Below are positions 38,553-49,390 of a stretch of DNA of 64,000 nt, one piece after another. The translations under genes and the position numbers were made by a program. How positions within the stretch are numbered: the stretch's first letter is position 1; each line of letters opens with the position of its first letter. The notes below the pieces were generated by a model, which worked only from the letters and a program-made list of their open reading frames with translations, searched no databases and had not been told where the DNA came from. Source of the DNA: Patescibacteria group bacterium (lineage in GTDB: Bacteria > Patescibacteriota > Minisyncoccia > Phycocordibacterales > PALSA-1337); NCBI GenBank assembly GCA_040388415.1, contig JAZKBV010000001.1:74369-138368 (forward strand), read 5' to 3'.

Positions 38553-40397
38553 ATGAGCGCAATGAACAGAAATACCGTTGAAGAAATAAAAGCTCGGATC
38601 CCTATCGAGGATTTGATCGGTTCGTATATCAAAGTAGAAAAATCGGGCAAGTCCTACAAAGCTCGCTGTCCTTTTCATAATGAAAAATCTCCCTCGTTCT
38701 TTATTTCGCCAGATCGTGGCGGATACTATTGTTTTGGTTGTAATGCAAAAGGAGATATTTTTTCTTTTGTTGAACAGTTCGAAGGATTGGATTTTCGCGG
38801 TGCTCTCAAAATCCTCGCTGACCGCGCAGGGGTGAAGCTGGTTCATGATGAAAAAGCTGATGGTGAGCGTGACCGTCTATACAAAGTGATGGAATTGGCT
38901 ACGGCTTATTTTGAAGAGCAGTTAGCACGATCTACTGAAGCACGCGAATATGTGAAGGGTCGTGGTATCACTGAAGAAACACAAAAATCTTTTAGAATCG
39001 GTCTTGCACCAGATGGCTGGAGAAACCTGATGACATATCTTAAGGGCAAAGGGTTTAATGAGGCAGCGATGGAAAAAGTTGGCCTCATAAAACAAAAAGA
39101 GGGCACATCTGACTTCTACGATCGCTTCCGTGGACGTATCATGTTTCCGATATCTGACTCGAGCGGTCGCGTTATAGCTTTTTCAGGGCGTATCTTGAAG
39201 GATGAAAAAAATGCAGACGGCAGTTCGCCGGCAAAATATTTGAATAGCCCGGATACGCCTCTTTTTGATAAGTCGCTCGTCCTGTATGGTCTCGATAAGG
39301 CAAAAACAGAAATCCGTCGTTTGAATTACACTATTTTCGTCGAAGGGCAGATGGACCTCGTCATGTCACATCAGGCTGGTATAAAAAATACCGTGGCTTC
39401 ATCAGGTACGGCGCTCTCGGAAGAGACGATGAATGCAGTTGGCATCATTTCAAATCTCGGTTTGGTCCGTAGGCTTTCGCCAAATGTCATCATTGCGTTT
39501 GATAGTGACAATGCTGGTCGCAAGGCAGCTTTGCGTGCGGCTGGTATAGCGCTTTCACTGGCTATGGATGTAAAGATTGCTGATATTGTTGGGGGCAAAG
39601 ATCCAGCTGATCTCGTAAAGGAAGATGTAGAAAAATGGAAGCAGACATTGCGTGACGCCAAGCCAGTTATCGAATTTGAATTGGGGAATGTTGTGCGTGA
39701 GCATGCTGAGTCAAAGAGTACGGATGCGCGTAAGTTGACCAAAATGGTCACTGACCGCGTCTTGCCACTCGTGGCGCGCATTGAAAGCTCAAGCGACCAG
39801 AGCCATTTCGTTGCCATGATCGCTGATCAGGCAAAGATCCCAGTGGATTCGGTCTGGCAGGACGTGCGTGTGGTGGCAAAGAGACTCAAAGAAGCTGAAG
39901 CAGCTGCAAATCCAACTACGAACCAATTTAGCTCTACTCAAGCAAGTGGTAGAAACACAATCACCAAAGCGCGCACAACAAGCGAGATGCCGAGACGTGT
40001 GGATCTCATCGAAAGGCGTTTGTTTGGTTTGTTGTTCTTGATGGAGAAGGAAAAGCTCAATGACCAAGTAACAATAGCCAATAACCAAGTGAAGAAAATG
40101 GCTGGCGAAAGTTATGAAGCTCGTGTAGCATTTGCCAATCAAAATAAGAATGATTTGATGTTTGAAGCCGAGTCTTTCTTTGGTACTGATGCAGGTAAAG
40201 ACGGAGAGAATTGGGTGAAGCCAATGAAAGAATTGTTGAAGAATTTTGAAGAGGATATCATTAGCGACGAGATCGTCACTGCTATGCATGAGCTCAAGAT
40301 TGCTGAAAAGGCGGGTGATAATGAAAAGGTCATGGAATTGGCAAAGAAGTGCCAGGCTCTGTCTATCAGGAAGGCGCTGATTGGGAAGGGGGTTTAA
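38553..40397 (+). CDS. dnaG: DNA primase DnaG
   Basis: Start set after the MFS gene (the listed ORF from 38160 overlaps it). Zinc finger 'CPFHNEKSPSF...YYCFGCNAKGDIFSF'. TOPRIM 'IFVEGQMDLV...AFDSDNAGRKAA'. Confidence 0.8.
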   Translation: MSAMNRNTVEEIKARIPIEDLIGSYIKVEKSGKSYKARCPFHNEKSPSFFISPDRGGYYCFGCNAKGDIFSFVEQFEGLDFRGALKILADRAGVKLVHDEKADGERDRLYKVMELATAYFEEQLARSTEAREYVKGRGITEETQKSFRIGLAPDGWRNLMTYLKGKGFNEAAMEKVGLIKQKEGTSDFYDRFRGRIMFPISDSSGRVIAFSGRILKDEKNADGSSPAKYLNSPDTPLFDKSLVLYGLDKAKTEIRRLNYTIFVEGQMDLVMSHQAGIKNTVASSGTALSEETMNAVGIISNLGLVRRLSPNVIIAFDSDNAGRKAALRAAGIALSLAMDVKIADIVGGKDPADLVKEDVEKWKQTLRDAKPVIEFELGNVVREHAESKSTDARKLTKMVTDRVLPLVARIESSSDQSHFVAMIADQAKIPVDSVWQDVRVVAKRLKEAEAAANPTTNQFSSTQASGRNTITKARTTSEMPRRVDLIERRLFGLLFLMEKEKLNDQVTIANNQVKKMAGESYEARVAFANQNKNDLMFEAESFFGTDAGKDGENWVKPMKELLKNFEEDIISDEIVTAMHELKIAEKAGDNEKVMELAKKCQALSIRKALIGKGV

Positions 40398-40413
40398 ATG
40401 TTATAATAAAATC

Positions 40414-40935
40414 ATGAAAAATTCAGGCGAAGGTGCTCCAGAAAATAATCTCGAACAATTAGGTATAGTATTTGAAAAGGCGTCCATTGCTGACCTCGAG
40501 GCTATTCAACGGCTAAATCAGGAATTGTGTGCAAAAGAGCATAACGAGTTTGACTCAACAATAAATCCAGACTACGCCTTATCTGAGCCTGGTGTAGAAT
40601 ATTTCAAATCTAGAATCGAATCATCTGACGGATGTGCACTTATTGCCAAAGAGGGAGATGAATATGTCGGTTATTTAATCGGGGGTATGGCTGCACCTGA
40701 AGATTATCGAACGATTAAATCAGCTGCAGAACTAGAAAATATGTATGTTAAAGATTCGATGAGAGGTAAGGGTATTGGCGGTAAATTGGTACAACAATTT
40801 GAAGATTGGTGCAAAGAAAAAGGCGTCGAGGTCATCCGTGTTGTGGCTTCCGCCGAAAATGCTGCTGCTATTAAATTTTATGAGGCTCATGGCGCTAAGC
40901 CGGTTAGCCTTACTTTAGAGAAAAAGATTGATTAG
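40414..40935 (+). CDS. GNAT family N-acetyltransferase (AT-rich gene)
   Basis: 'LENMYVKDSMRGKGIGGKLVQQFEDWCKEKGVEVIRV' (motif A). Confidence 0.7.
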   Translation: MKNSGEGAPENNLEQLGIVFEKASIADLEAIQRLNQELCAKEHNEFDSTINPDYALSEPGVEYFKSRIESSDGCALIAKEGDEYVGYLIGGMAAPEDYRTIKSAAELENMYVKDSMRGKGIGGKLVQQFEDWCKEKGVEVIRVVASAENAAAIKFYEAHGAKPVSLTLEKKID

Positions 40936-40975
40936 GTAGAAGTCTGTCTGACTTTTCTTGTGCTAATATTAAAGT

Positions 40976-41854
40976 ATGAAGAATCTGGAGAGTATTTCAA
41001 GTGCCGAAGTTGACCAAAAGGAAAAATATAATTTTCCTGAAATAGAATCTTTCAGAGAAGGTTTATTTGAGATATGTGAAAAGATGAAGGCGGGTATCGA
41101 GTCAAATAAATGGACAAAATTATTGAGTGATGAAACTGGAGGCAGAATCCCAACTCTAGTTATTTGGAATTTGATTAAACATTTTCATCCTGACAACACC
41201 CCTCAACCTTTTTTCTTGTCGAGTGGTTTAACTTATAAACCAAAAACTGTTGGTGAAGTGCACGAAATGCTTGATTTTATGGCGAAGATTGTAGACTCGG
41301 AAGATACGTGTTTGCTCGTGACCCAATTTATTCGTACAGGGAAGACTATAAAAAGCATGATTAGTGATTTGGAGATGGTGGGTGTTAAAGAAGAAAATAT
41401 TGATGTGGCGAGCGTAGTTTCTGATTATGATGAAGAAACCCTCGATAACAGGATCGGAGTGCCAAAAGATCAGTTATATGTTGGAACAGGAAAGGGGGCG
41501 TTTGATGCGGATGTTGAAGCTTTTTATCCTCGCTTTACTGGCGTTATTCAAGATGGTGTGGATTATGATCCTGTGCCTGTTAGGCTTACTGATAATGTAA
41601 AACAGACTGGAAAGAGAGGTAAATTGATAAGTCATGAGGAATGGAAAAATATTTTTGATATTGCAGATGAATCATTTTATGAGATGAAAGATAAAGTTTC
41701 TGAAAAAGAAAGAATTACTGAATATAATAAGAGAAATGATAAGCCTTTATCCGCAGAAGAAATTAGAGAGTTACAAGATAATGTAAATAAAGCGCGCGAA
41801 GATGTCAGTATTTTGGTAAAAGAGATTATCCAAAAGGTGTGGGGTGAGGTGTAG
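40976..41854 (+). CDS. hypothetical protein with a phosphoribosyltransferase-like segment (AT-rich gene, about 35% GC)
   Basis: 'DTCLLVTQFIRTGKTIKSMI' resembles the type I PRTase PRPP-loop (hhhhDDhhTTGGT) but lacks the acidic pair. Confidence 0.35.
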   Translation: MKNLESISSAEVDQKEKYNFPEIESFREGLFEICEKMKAGIESNKWTKLLSDETGGRIPTLVIWNLIKHFHPDNTPQPFFLSSGLTYKPKTVGEVHEMLDFMAKIVDSEDTCLLVTQFIRTGKTIKSMISDLEMVGVKEENIDVASVVSDYDEETLDNRIGVPKDQLYVGTGKGAFDADVEAFYPRFTGVIQDGVDYDPVPVRLTDNVKQTGKRGKLISHEEWKNIFDIADESFYEMKDKVSEKERITEYNKRNDKPLSAEEIRELQDNVNKAREDVSILVKEIIQKVWGEV

Positions 41855-41903
41855 TAATGTCCGACTTGCCCCTTTTTATTAGTTATGTTACCTTATACGA
41901 ACT

Positions 41904-42158
41904 ATGAAGAAAGATATCCATCCAGAGAACTATCGCCCAGTCATTTTCGCCGACAACTCAAGCGGTGCTAAATTCCTCATTCCTTCTACTATCGCTACCA
42001 AGGAGACAGCAAAGTGGACAGACGGCAAGGAGTATCCAGCATTCCACGTTGAAATCTCAAGCGCTTCACATCCTTTCTATACGAACCAGGACAAGACTAT
42101 CGACACTGCAGGTCGCGTTGAAAAGTTCAAGACTCGTCAGGCAAAAGCAAAGAAGTAA
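41904..42158 (+). CDS. rpmE: 50S ribosomal protein L31, Cys-less type B
   Basis: '[10 protein letters not shown]...[23 protein letters not shown]'. No CxxC zinc ribbon. Confidence 0.85.
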   Translation: MKKDIHPENYRPVIFADNSSGAKFLIPSTIATKETAKWTDGKEYPAFHVEISSASHPFYTNQDKTIDTAGRVEKFKTRQAKAKK

Positions 42159-42242
42159 CACGAATCTCCGAAAGCAGAATGCCACATAGTGTGGCATTTA
42201 TGCAATTCGGGGATTTTTGTTTTTGTACTATAATATATCAAT

Positions 42243-43232
42243 ATGTCTATAAACCTCGACACCTACAAAGCCAACCCTAAAACCGCCTTCATGGCTGGTC
42301 TCTACGAAAAACTCCTCAAAGATGAGGCTGAGACGCGCGCTATGGCTGAAAAAGACCCAACGATGAAAGAGCTGGTTGAAGCCGACCTTGTCTCTATTGA
42401 AGAACAAAAGAAGTCGATGATGGCCGAAATGGATGAGATCATCAAGAACGACGTCGTTGAAGAAGAAAAGCCAAAAGAGATTATCATGGAATTCCGCGCA
42501 GGCGCTGGAGGCGATGAAGCAGCCCTTTTCGTGGCTGAGCTCGTCGATATGTACAAGAGATATGCTGAAGCACGTGGCTGGAAGGCGGTCCTTATGGAAA
42601 AATCAGAAAATAGCCTCGGCGGTTTCAAAGACGCTTCTCTTCAGGTGAAAGGCGTTGGCGTATATGAAGACCTCCGCTGGGAAACGGGTGTTCATCGTGT
42701 TCAACGTGTGCCTGAAACAGAAAAAATGGGTCGCATCCACACTTCAACTATCACAGTTGCCATCATGCCACTCCGTAAAAAGTCTAAAGTAGTTCTTAAT
42801 ACTGCTGATCTCGAAATGGAATTTTCACGTGCAGGTGGCAAGGGTGGACAGAACGTTAATAAAGTTGAGTCAGCCGTCCGTCTCGTCCACAAACCAACGG
42901 GTCTCGAAGTACGCTCAACCGCAGAGCGCAGTCAGGGTGCCAACCGCGAGCTCGCTTTACAGATTTTGACAGCTAAGGTTGAGGCTCTCCAGGAAGAGCA
43001 AGAAGCAAAGAAATTCGCGAGTGACCGTAAGGGTCAGATCGGTACTGGCGACCGTTCAGAGAAGATCCGTACCTATAACTATCCTCAAGATCGCATTACT
43101 GATCACCGTATCAAGCAGTCATGGCACAATATCCCCGTTATTCTTGAAGGACGCATCCAGCCTATCATCGATGCTCTCCATGAGTTCGAAAAGACTGGCA
43201 AAGCGGGTGGGGAAGCCGATGATGCCGAATAA
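42243..43232 (+). CDS. prfA: peptide chain release factor 1
   Basis: GGQ motif 'SRAGGKGGQNVNKVESAVRLVH'. PxT-type tripeptide 'PET' (RF1-like, not the SPF of RF2). Confidence 0.8.
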   Translation: MSINLDTYKANPKTAFMAGLYEKLLKDEAETRAMAEKDPTMKELVEADLVSIEEQKKSMMAEMDEIIKNDVVEEEKPKEIIMEFRAGAGGDEAALFVAELVDMYKRYAEARGWKAVLMEKSENSLGGFKDASLQVKGVGVYEDLRWETGVHRVQRVPETEKMGRIHTSTITVAIMPLRKKSKVVLNTADLEMEFSRAGGKGGQNVNKVESAVRLVHKPTGLEVRSTAERSQGANRELALQILTAKVEALQEEQEAKKFASDRKGQIGTGDRSEKIRTYNYPQDRITDHRIKQSWHNIPVILEGRIQPIIDALHEFEKTGKAGGEADDAE

Positions 43233-43297
43233 CAAATACGGCTTAGTAGCCTTTTAATTGACTTATTTATCGCCTCCTGCTAAGCTATCGTCTACCT

Positions 43298-43990
43298 ATG
43301 TCAGCAAACCACACTATAGATTCTATGTTCAGCGCAGGTGCGCACTTTGGACTTGGCCGTTCACGCCGTCATCCAACAGTCGCTCCTTTTATTTTTGGTA
43401 CAAAAAACCGCACCGATATCTTCGACCTCGAAAAGACAGAAAAGACCCTCGAAACAGCAAAAGCATTCGTTACTGCTCTCGGCAAGGAAGGCAAGACCAT
43501 TCTTTTCGTTGGTGGCAAGAAAGAAGCTTCAGCTCTCATCAAAACAACCGCTATGTCACTCAACATGCCATATGTCGAAGGACGATGGATCGGTGGTACT
43601 CTCACCAACTTCGGTAACATCCGCAAGCGCATCGAGCGTTATGAAAAACTCATTTCAGATCGTGAAAAGGGCGAACTCGCAAAATATACCAAGCGTGAGC
43701 GTATGCTCATCGATCGTGAGATCGCAAAGCTCGAGCGTATGTTCCTCGGTATCGTTTCTCTCAAGAAGATGCCCGAGCTTCTTTTCCTCATTGACCCACG
43801 CAAAGAACAAAACGCTATCGGTGAAGCTGGTCATGCAAAGATCCCAGTTATGGCTCTTGCAAGTTCAGACTGTAATATTTCAGAAGTTAAGTTTCCTATC
43901 GTTGGAAACGACGCAGCAAAGGCTAGTATCCAGTTCTTCTTGAGTGAAATCGCTGCAGCATATCAGGCTGGCAAAAAAGAAGCTAAATAG
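43298..43990 (+). CDS. rpsB: 30S ribosomal protein S2
   Basis: 'MFSAGAHFGLGRSRRHPTVAPFIFG', 'ILFVGGKKEA'. Confidence 0.9.
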   Translation: MSANHTIDSMFSAGAHFGLGRSRRHPTVAPFIFGTKNRTDIFDLEKTEKTLETAKAFVTALGKEGKTILFVGGKKEASALIKTTAMSLNMPYVEGRWIGGTLTNFGNIRKRIERYEKLISDREKGELAKYTKRERMLIDREIAKLERMFLGIVSLKKMPELLFLIDPRKEQNAIGEAGHAKIPVMALASSDCNISEVKFPIVGNDAAKASIQFFLSEIAAAYQAGKKEAK

Positions 43991-44078
43991 GGTATAATAG
44001 ACAGACGATAGACCGTAAAGGTCTGTCTTGGGTTTGTGTAATTTTTGTCTTTTTATTTTTAATTTATAACTTAATTTT

Positions 44079-44675
44079 ATGGCTATCACCATCACCACAG
44101 AACAAGTAAAGGAACTTCGAGACATGACAGGCATCTCTGTCATGCAGTGTAAGAAAGCACTCGAAGAAGCTGGTGGTGACAAGGAGAAAGCTCTCGTTAT
44201 CCTTCGCAAGAAGAGTGGCGAGCTCGCAGCCAAGAAAGGCGACCGTACATTCGGTGCAGGCGTTGTTCAGGCATATATCCATGCAAATGGCAGTGTCGGT
44301 GCGCTCGTCGAGCTCAATTGTGAGACAGATTTCGTATCAAATAACGATGAGTTCAAGACGATCGCCCGCGATATCGCTATGCATGTCACCGCTACGAACC
44401 CAAAATTCCTCAAGAAAGAAGATATCACTGAGTCAGATATGGCTACCGCAAAGGAAGTCTTTCAGAACGAGGTCAAAGACAAGCCAGCTGCTATGCAAGA
44501 AAAGATCCTTGCGGGCAAGCTCGATACATATTTCGCTGAGATGGTTCTTCTCAATCAGCCATTCATCAAGAATCCAGATGTCACTATCCAGGGCTTGGTA
44601 GATGCTGCTATGCAGAAGTTCGGTGAAAAGGTCGCTGTTGGACGCTTCAAGCGTTTCAAGGTGCTCGAAGCCTAG
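44079..44675 (+). CDS. tsf: elongation factor Ts (short form)
   Basis: 'ITTEQVKELRDMTGISVMQCKKALEEAGGDKEKA', 'LVELNCETDFVSNNDEF'. The S2-Ts gene order is conserved. Confidence 0.85.
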   Translation: MAITITTEQVKELRDMTGISVMQCKKALEEAGGDKEKALVILRKKSGELAAKKGDRTFGAGVVQAYIHANGSVGALVELNCETDFVSNNDEFKTIARDIAMHVTATNPKFLKKEDITESDMATAKEVFQNEVKDKPAAMQEKILAGKLDTYFAEMVLLNQPFIKNPDVTIQGLVDAAMQKFGEKVAVGRFKRFKVLEA

Positions 44676-44689
44676 TTATTGGCACCTCG

Positions 44690-45082
44690 GTGCCGCCTAT
44701 GTATACACTCATCACAATCTTCTACGCCTCATTTGTTGCCATGACCATCATGGTGTTGTTCAAGCGACATGAGGTGCAGACGAATAAACCTTCGCTCATA
44801 TCGCGCCTCGGACAAGGCAGTGATCATATTTTTCACGCATTATTTGCTTCTGTTGGAAAAGGTATTTCATATATCAATAAGCATACATTCATCGCTGTTG
44901 CGCAGTGGATCACTTTTCACATTCTGGTGCGCGTCAGAAAGGTCTACGTTGAAGTTAAGCATCAAGCATTAGCAAATCCTCATGGCAAGAAGATGATCGA
45001 TGCCGTGCGTGGCCGTGGAGAGGTCAGAGACCACGGTGCTTCGTTTTATCTCCGAAAGATTGCAGAGAAAGGGAATAAGTAA
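44690..45082 (+). CDS. hypothetical membrane protein
   Basis: 130 aa, 2 TM. Confidence 0.3.
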   Translation: MPPMYTLITIFYASFVAMTIMVLFKRHEVQTNKPSLISRLGQGSDHIFHALFASVGKGISYINKHTFIAVAQWITFHILVRVRKVYVEVKHQALANPHGKKMIDAVRGRGEVRDHGASFYLRKIAEKGNK

Positions 45083-45220
45083 AATTTTCTTGCACTGAAG
45101 CCAAAAATAAGTTAATCTACTTGAACCAGAAATCTGGTTGGATTCTGGTCAATTTCGCTCAAAATTTTTTCAGGCAACGCCAGAAAAATATTTTGATCCG
45201 AATTTTGAAATGCAAAATTC

Positions 45221-45293
45221 GCCGCCTTAGCTCAGTTGGTAGAGCAACTCTTTTGTAAAGAGAAGGTCCTCAGTTCAACTCTGAGAGGCGGCT
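45221..45293 (+). tRNA. tRNA-Thr (anticodon TGT)
   Basis: Acceptor GCCGCCT/AGGCGGC. D-arm GCTCAGTTGGTAGAGC. Anticodon stem ACTCT/AGAGA with loop TTTGTAA. T-arm CTCAG-TTCAACT-CTGAG. Confidence 0.8.
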
Positions 45294-45298
45294 CTGAA

Positions 45299-45982
45299 TT
45301 ATTTCTTCGTACTCGTCGCAGCACTTGTCGCCACTAACCCTGGCGCTATCTTTTGAATATCCTCAATAGTATGGAATCCGCTGTAAGTTTTATTGTTGAT
45401 GACCAAACCAGGAAGAGGTGTGCCTATCTTATATATATTGGCGAGTGTCTTGATAGCTGAAACATTCAAATCATTATCAAATGAATAAACGCGGATATTG
45501 CCTGGATAGTGCTGGCGGATATACGTGAGGACATCGCCTTGTTTGTCGCACTCAGGGCACTTTGCCTCGTAGAAATAGAGGACTATGACAGGGCGATTTT
45601 TGCACTGCGAAGCTGAGTTGATGAGGATGTAGTCTTTGATTTCGAGGAGTGAATAGTATTGCTTGAGTGTGATCACGTCCGCGTCTTGACCACGACCAGC
45701 TGATTCGAGGTATGAAAGGCGATCAGACATGTCGCCGAGCTCTTTGCCGAGCTCTGAACTAAAGAGATCATCGCAGGCAGCTGATTTGAGGAGGTTGAAT
45801 TGAGTCTCTGAAGAGAGAATGCTGAGCGAGATAGAGTCCTGCATGGTGCGAACTTCATCGACGCGTCTATTGTCGATCCATGAGCTGATGCCGATTGCGG
45901 TGATAAAAATGGCCGCAGTGATCAAAAACGTGAATCCATATTTTTTCCAATCTTTAGTCATATTAAATTTTTTTATCGCCAA
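45299..45982 (-). CDS. membrane-anchored thioredoxin-fold protein with CxxC (CPEC)
   Basis: N-terminal TM. 'VIVLYFYEAKCPECDKQGDVL'. Confidence 0.4.
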   Translation of the reverse strand: MAIKKFNMTKDWKKYGFTFLITAAIFITAIGISSWIDNRRVDEVRTMQDSISLSILSSETQFNLLKSAACDDLFSSELGKELGDMSDRLSYLESAGRGQDADVITLKQYYSLLEIKDYILINSASQCKNRPVIVLYFYEAKCPECDKQGDVLTYIRQHYPGNIRVYSFDNDLNVSAIKTLANIYKIGTPLPGLVINNKTYSGFHTIEDIQKIAPGLVATSAATSTKK

Positions 45983-47223
45983 ACTGCTTGCTTACTAAGC
46001 GCCACATTCGCAATTGAGCGGATGATCCAGAATGGGGCAATAAGTGAATATAAGCATACATAACAAGCAATATCAAAGATTTTTACGATATTGCCATGCG
46101 AGAGCTTCATGCCGATAGTTATAAAAGCCATAACGAGCCCAAATGCGACTAGTCCAGCGAATACAAGCGGTGATGTGTGAAGGAAGAACCAATTGAATGA
46201 AGGCAGTGACCACTCAAACATTTTGTAACCGAGCGCTTGGAAATGGACGATATAACTATGGATAGCACGGATAAAGTCGTAACCGAACATCGCAACGACG
46301 AAGAGCACGCTGCCGGCTGATATGAGCATCATTGGAAGGACGAAACCGCCGAGATGGCTGTATTTACGATTGAGGAGCATGCCACGGTAGTCGCGCAGAT
46401 TGTGGAGAAATCCCGAAGTCCAACGTACGCGCTGTTTATAGAGCTTTTTTGGCGTGCGAGGTGAAGAAGTATAGATAACTGCGTCATGTGCGCTGGCGAT
46501 AAGGAGGCCATGTGACTGCATGCGAAGAGCCATTTCCATATCCTCAGTGTTATGAGCTTTTCTGTAATAACCAATCTGCTCAAAAACGCTTTTTCGGAAA
46601 ATAGAAAAGGGTCCAGGGGTAACATATAAGGCGCGCAATTCAGCGAGGATGCTGCGAAGAAATACACCTATGAGGTACTCGGTTTTTTGCATGCGTTGGA
46701 TGACTGTCTCGGGTTTGTAAATATGCAGAGAAGGAACAACTGCCATAACATCAGGATTTACAAATTGCCTCATGATACGCACGAGAGCGTCGGGCTTGGC
46801 ATATGAATCAGCATCAAGACAGCCGACAAATGGCGTCGTAGCGCGAGCAATGCCCATATTGAGGACAGTATGTTTGCCACCATTTTCTTTGTGAATAATT
46901 TCGATCTGAGGATGACTGCTATATTTCGCGAGGGCCAGTGCGGTGCCATCAGTTGAGCCATCATTGATAGCCATGATATGGAGTTTATCTGCAGGATATT
47001 CAAGGGCGAGGAGCGATTCGATGGTTTTTACCGCGGTTGTTTCTTCATTAAAACAAGGGACGATGATGGTAACACCCGGCAAATCAGGATGGATTGGCGC
47101 TGAGGATTTTCTGAGTTTATGCAGGCCTTTACGATGCTCAAGATAGGTGATGAGCATAAACATTTCGAAGTATAGGGACATGAAAAGTATGCCCAAAGTG
47201 ATGATTTCTCGGAGAGAATACAT
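45973..47223 (-). CDS. family 2 glycosyltransferase, processive type (QxxRW; PgaC/NodC/cellulose-synthase-like), C-terminal TM domain
   Basis: 'IIVPCFNEE', 'INDGSTDGT', 'DADS', 'QRVRWTSGF'. Confidence 0.75.
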   Translation of the reverse strand: MYSLREIITLGILFMSLYFEMFMLITYLEHRKGLHKLRKSSAPIHPDLPGVTIIVPCFNEETTAVKTIESLLALEYPADKLHIMAINDGSTDGTALALAKYSSHPQIEIIHKENGGKHTVLNMGIARATTPFVGCLDADSYAKPDALVRIMRQFVNPDVMAVVPSLHIYKPETVIQRMQKTEYLIGVFLRSILAELRALYVTPGPFSIFRKSVFEQIGYYRKAHNTEDMEMALRMQSHGLLIASAHDAVIYTSSPRTPKKLYKQRVRWTSGFLHNLRDYRGMLLNRKYSHLGGFVLPMMLISAGSVLFVVAMFGYDFIRAIHSYIVHFQALGYKMFEWSLPSFNWFFLHTSPLVFAGLVAFGLVMAFITIGMKLSHGNIVKIFDIACYVCLYSLIAPFWIIRSIANVALSKQAVWR

Positions 47224-47349
47224 GGGGGATAGTATGCCACAAAGTTGATGATTTTACTAGATAATGCGTGATATACTATTATGGTATATAATCATATTCA
47301 CATGAGCTTATGTCCTAAGCTCGGTTTACTATTTATTATTTTAATTCAC

Positions 47350-47826
47350 ATGTCTACAACAGATACTCAATACCTCACCAATGAAAAGTTTGCTGAACTC
47401 AAAAAAGAACTCGAATTTTTGAAGGCAGAAAAACGGAAGGAGGTAGCAGAGCATCTCGAGTATGCAAAAAAGCTCGGCGACCTTTCTGAAAATGCGGAGT
47501 ACCATCAAGCTCGCGAAGAGCAAGGCGAGGTGGAAGATCGCATACGCTATGTTGAAAATCTCCTCAAGAATGCAGTCATCGCAACTGCAACCTCAGGCAA
47601 TCTCGTCACTGTTGGCTCTACGGTCAGACTTGAAAAAGATGGCGTCAAAGATAACAAGTCTATGGTCTTTACTATTGTCGGTTCAGAAGAAGCTGATACA
47701 GCACAAGGCAAGATCTCGAACGTGTCACCACTCGGCTCAGCGCTTATCGGCCACAAAGAAGGAGACAAAGTGAGCGTTCAGACCCCAAAGGGAACGACCA
47801 TATATCGTGTCGCTGCGCTCAATTAA
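47350..47826 (+). CDS. greA: transcription elongation factor GreA
   Basis: Start set to MSTTDTQYLT (the listed ORF begins 69 nt upstream). 'GDLSENAEYHQAREEQ' and FKBP-like C-terminal domain. Confidence 0.85.
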   Translation: MSTTDTQYLTNEKFAELKKELEFLKAEKRKEVAEHLEYAKKLGDLSENAEYHQAREEQGEVEDRIRYVENLLKNAVIATATSGNLVTVGSTVRLEKDGVKDNKSMVFTIVGSEEADTAQGKISNVSPLGSALIGHKEGDKVSVQTPKGTTIYRVAALN

Positions 47827-47829
47827 ACG

Positions 47830-49321
47830 CATGTCATCATCACTCGACGAACTCAAAAGCATCCGTCTCGCCAAGCTCGAACTTCTCAAAAAATCGGGCA
47901 TCGACCCATATCCAGCGAAAGTGCCTCGTGATTTTTGCTTGGCTGATGCAAAAGCTGGTTTTGCAGAATATGATGAAAAGGGTACAGGTACACATGTTGG
48001 TAAGCCAGTTTCTCTCGCCGGGCGCGTCATGGCAATTCGCGGGCAGGGAGCGATTCTCTTTGTTGTTCTCGATGATGGTAAGTCTACATTTCAAGCGGTT
48101 ATCAAAAAAGACGTATTGAATGGAACAACACCACAAACACAGTTTGATTTCTTTACCAGCGTCGTTGATATCGGCGATATCATCAGCGTGACCGGTACAT
48201 TCTTTGTAACACAAAGAGGTGAGCAGAGTATCCTTGTTACCTCATGGACAATGGCTTCAAAGTCACTTCTTCCATTGCCGGAAAAGTGGCATGGCATCAC
48301 GGATCCCGACGAGAAGCTCCGCAAGCGTTATCTCGATTTCATCATGGACGGTGAGACGAGAAATCTTTTTTATAAAAAAGCGAAGTTTTGGGATACCATG
48401 CGTCGCATACTCAAAGCCGAAGGATTTTTGGAAGTAGAAACGCCGACGCTTGAAACAACGACTGGTGGCGCTGAAGCTCGTCCGTTCGTCACTCAGCACA
48501 ATGACTATGATATTGATGTCTATCTCCGTATCTCTGTTGGCGAGCTCTGGCAGAAGCGTCTCCTTGCTGCAGGTTTTCCTCGAACATTTGAGATCGGACG
48601 CTTGTATCGCAATGAAGGCTCAAGCCCAGAGCATGCGCAAGAATTCACCAACCTCGAATTTTACGCATCGTATTTTTCTTTTGATGATGGCGTCTCATTT
48701 ACCGAAAAGCTTATAAAGACGGTCGCAGAGGAAACATTCGGCAGTTTGTCTTTTGATATAAAAGGCGAGAAGGTAGATCTTTCAATCGCATGGCCACATA
48801 TAGACTATGTCGATACCGTTGAAAAGATGACTGGTATCAATGTGCTCACAGCATCAGAAAAAGATATGACGGCAAAGCTCAAAGAGCTCCATGTCGATTT
48901 TGAAGGAATGAATAGGGAGCGTCTGACTGATACCTTGTGGAAATATTGCAGGAAGCAGATCACTGGTCCCGCATGGCTCATCGGCCATCCAAAGCTCGTT
49001 TCGCCGCTCTCAAAAGCTGATCCTGCACGACCTGAGACGACCTTGCGCGCACAACTCATCTTGGGCGGAGCAGAGATGACCAATGGTTTTTCAGAATTGA
49101 ATGATGCCGTTGAGCAACATAGCCGTTTTGATGTACAGCAGAAGTTGATTGAGAAAGGGGATGAAGAAGCAATGATGCCTGATTGGGAATTTGTTGAAAT
49201 GCTCGAGCATGGCATGCCTCCTGCATTCGGTTTTGGTATGGGAGAGCGCCTCTTCTCAGTTCTCGCTGGTAAGACACTCCGTGAGACACAGTTGTTCCCA
49301 TTGATGAAGCCAAAGAAGTAG
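47830..49321 (+). CDS. lysS: lysyl-tRNA synthetase (class II)
   Basis: OB-fold N-terminus. 'FEIGRLYRNEG', 'EFTNLEFY', 'GGAEMTNGFSELND', 'GFGMGERL'. Confidence 0.9.
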
Positions 49322-49390
49322 TACTTGATAAGTTCTATTTTTTGTGGTAGTTTGATTTTGAACAAGATTTAAAAAAGAGAAAGGCACGTT

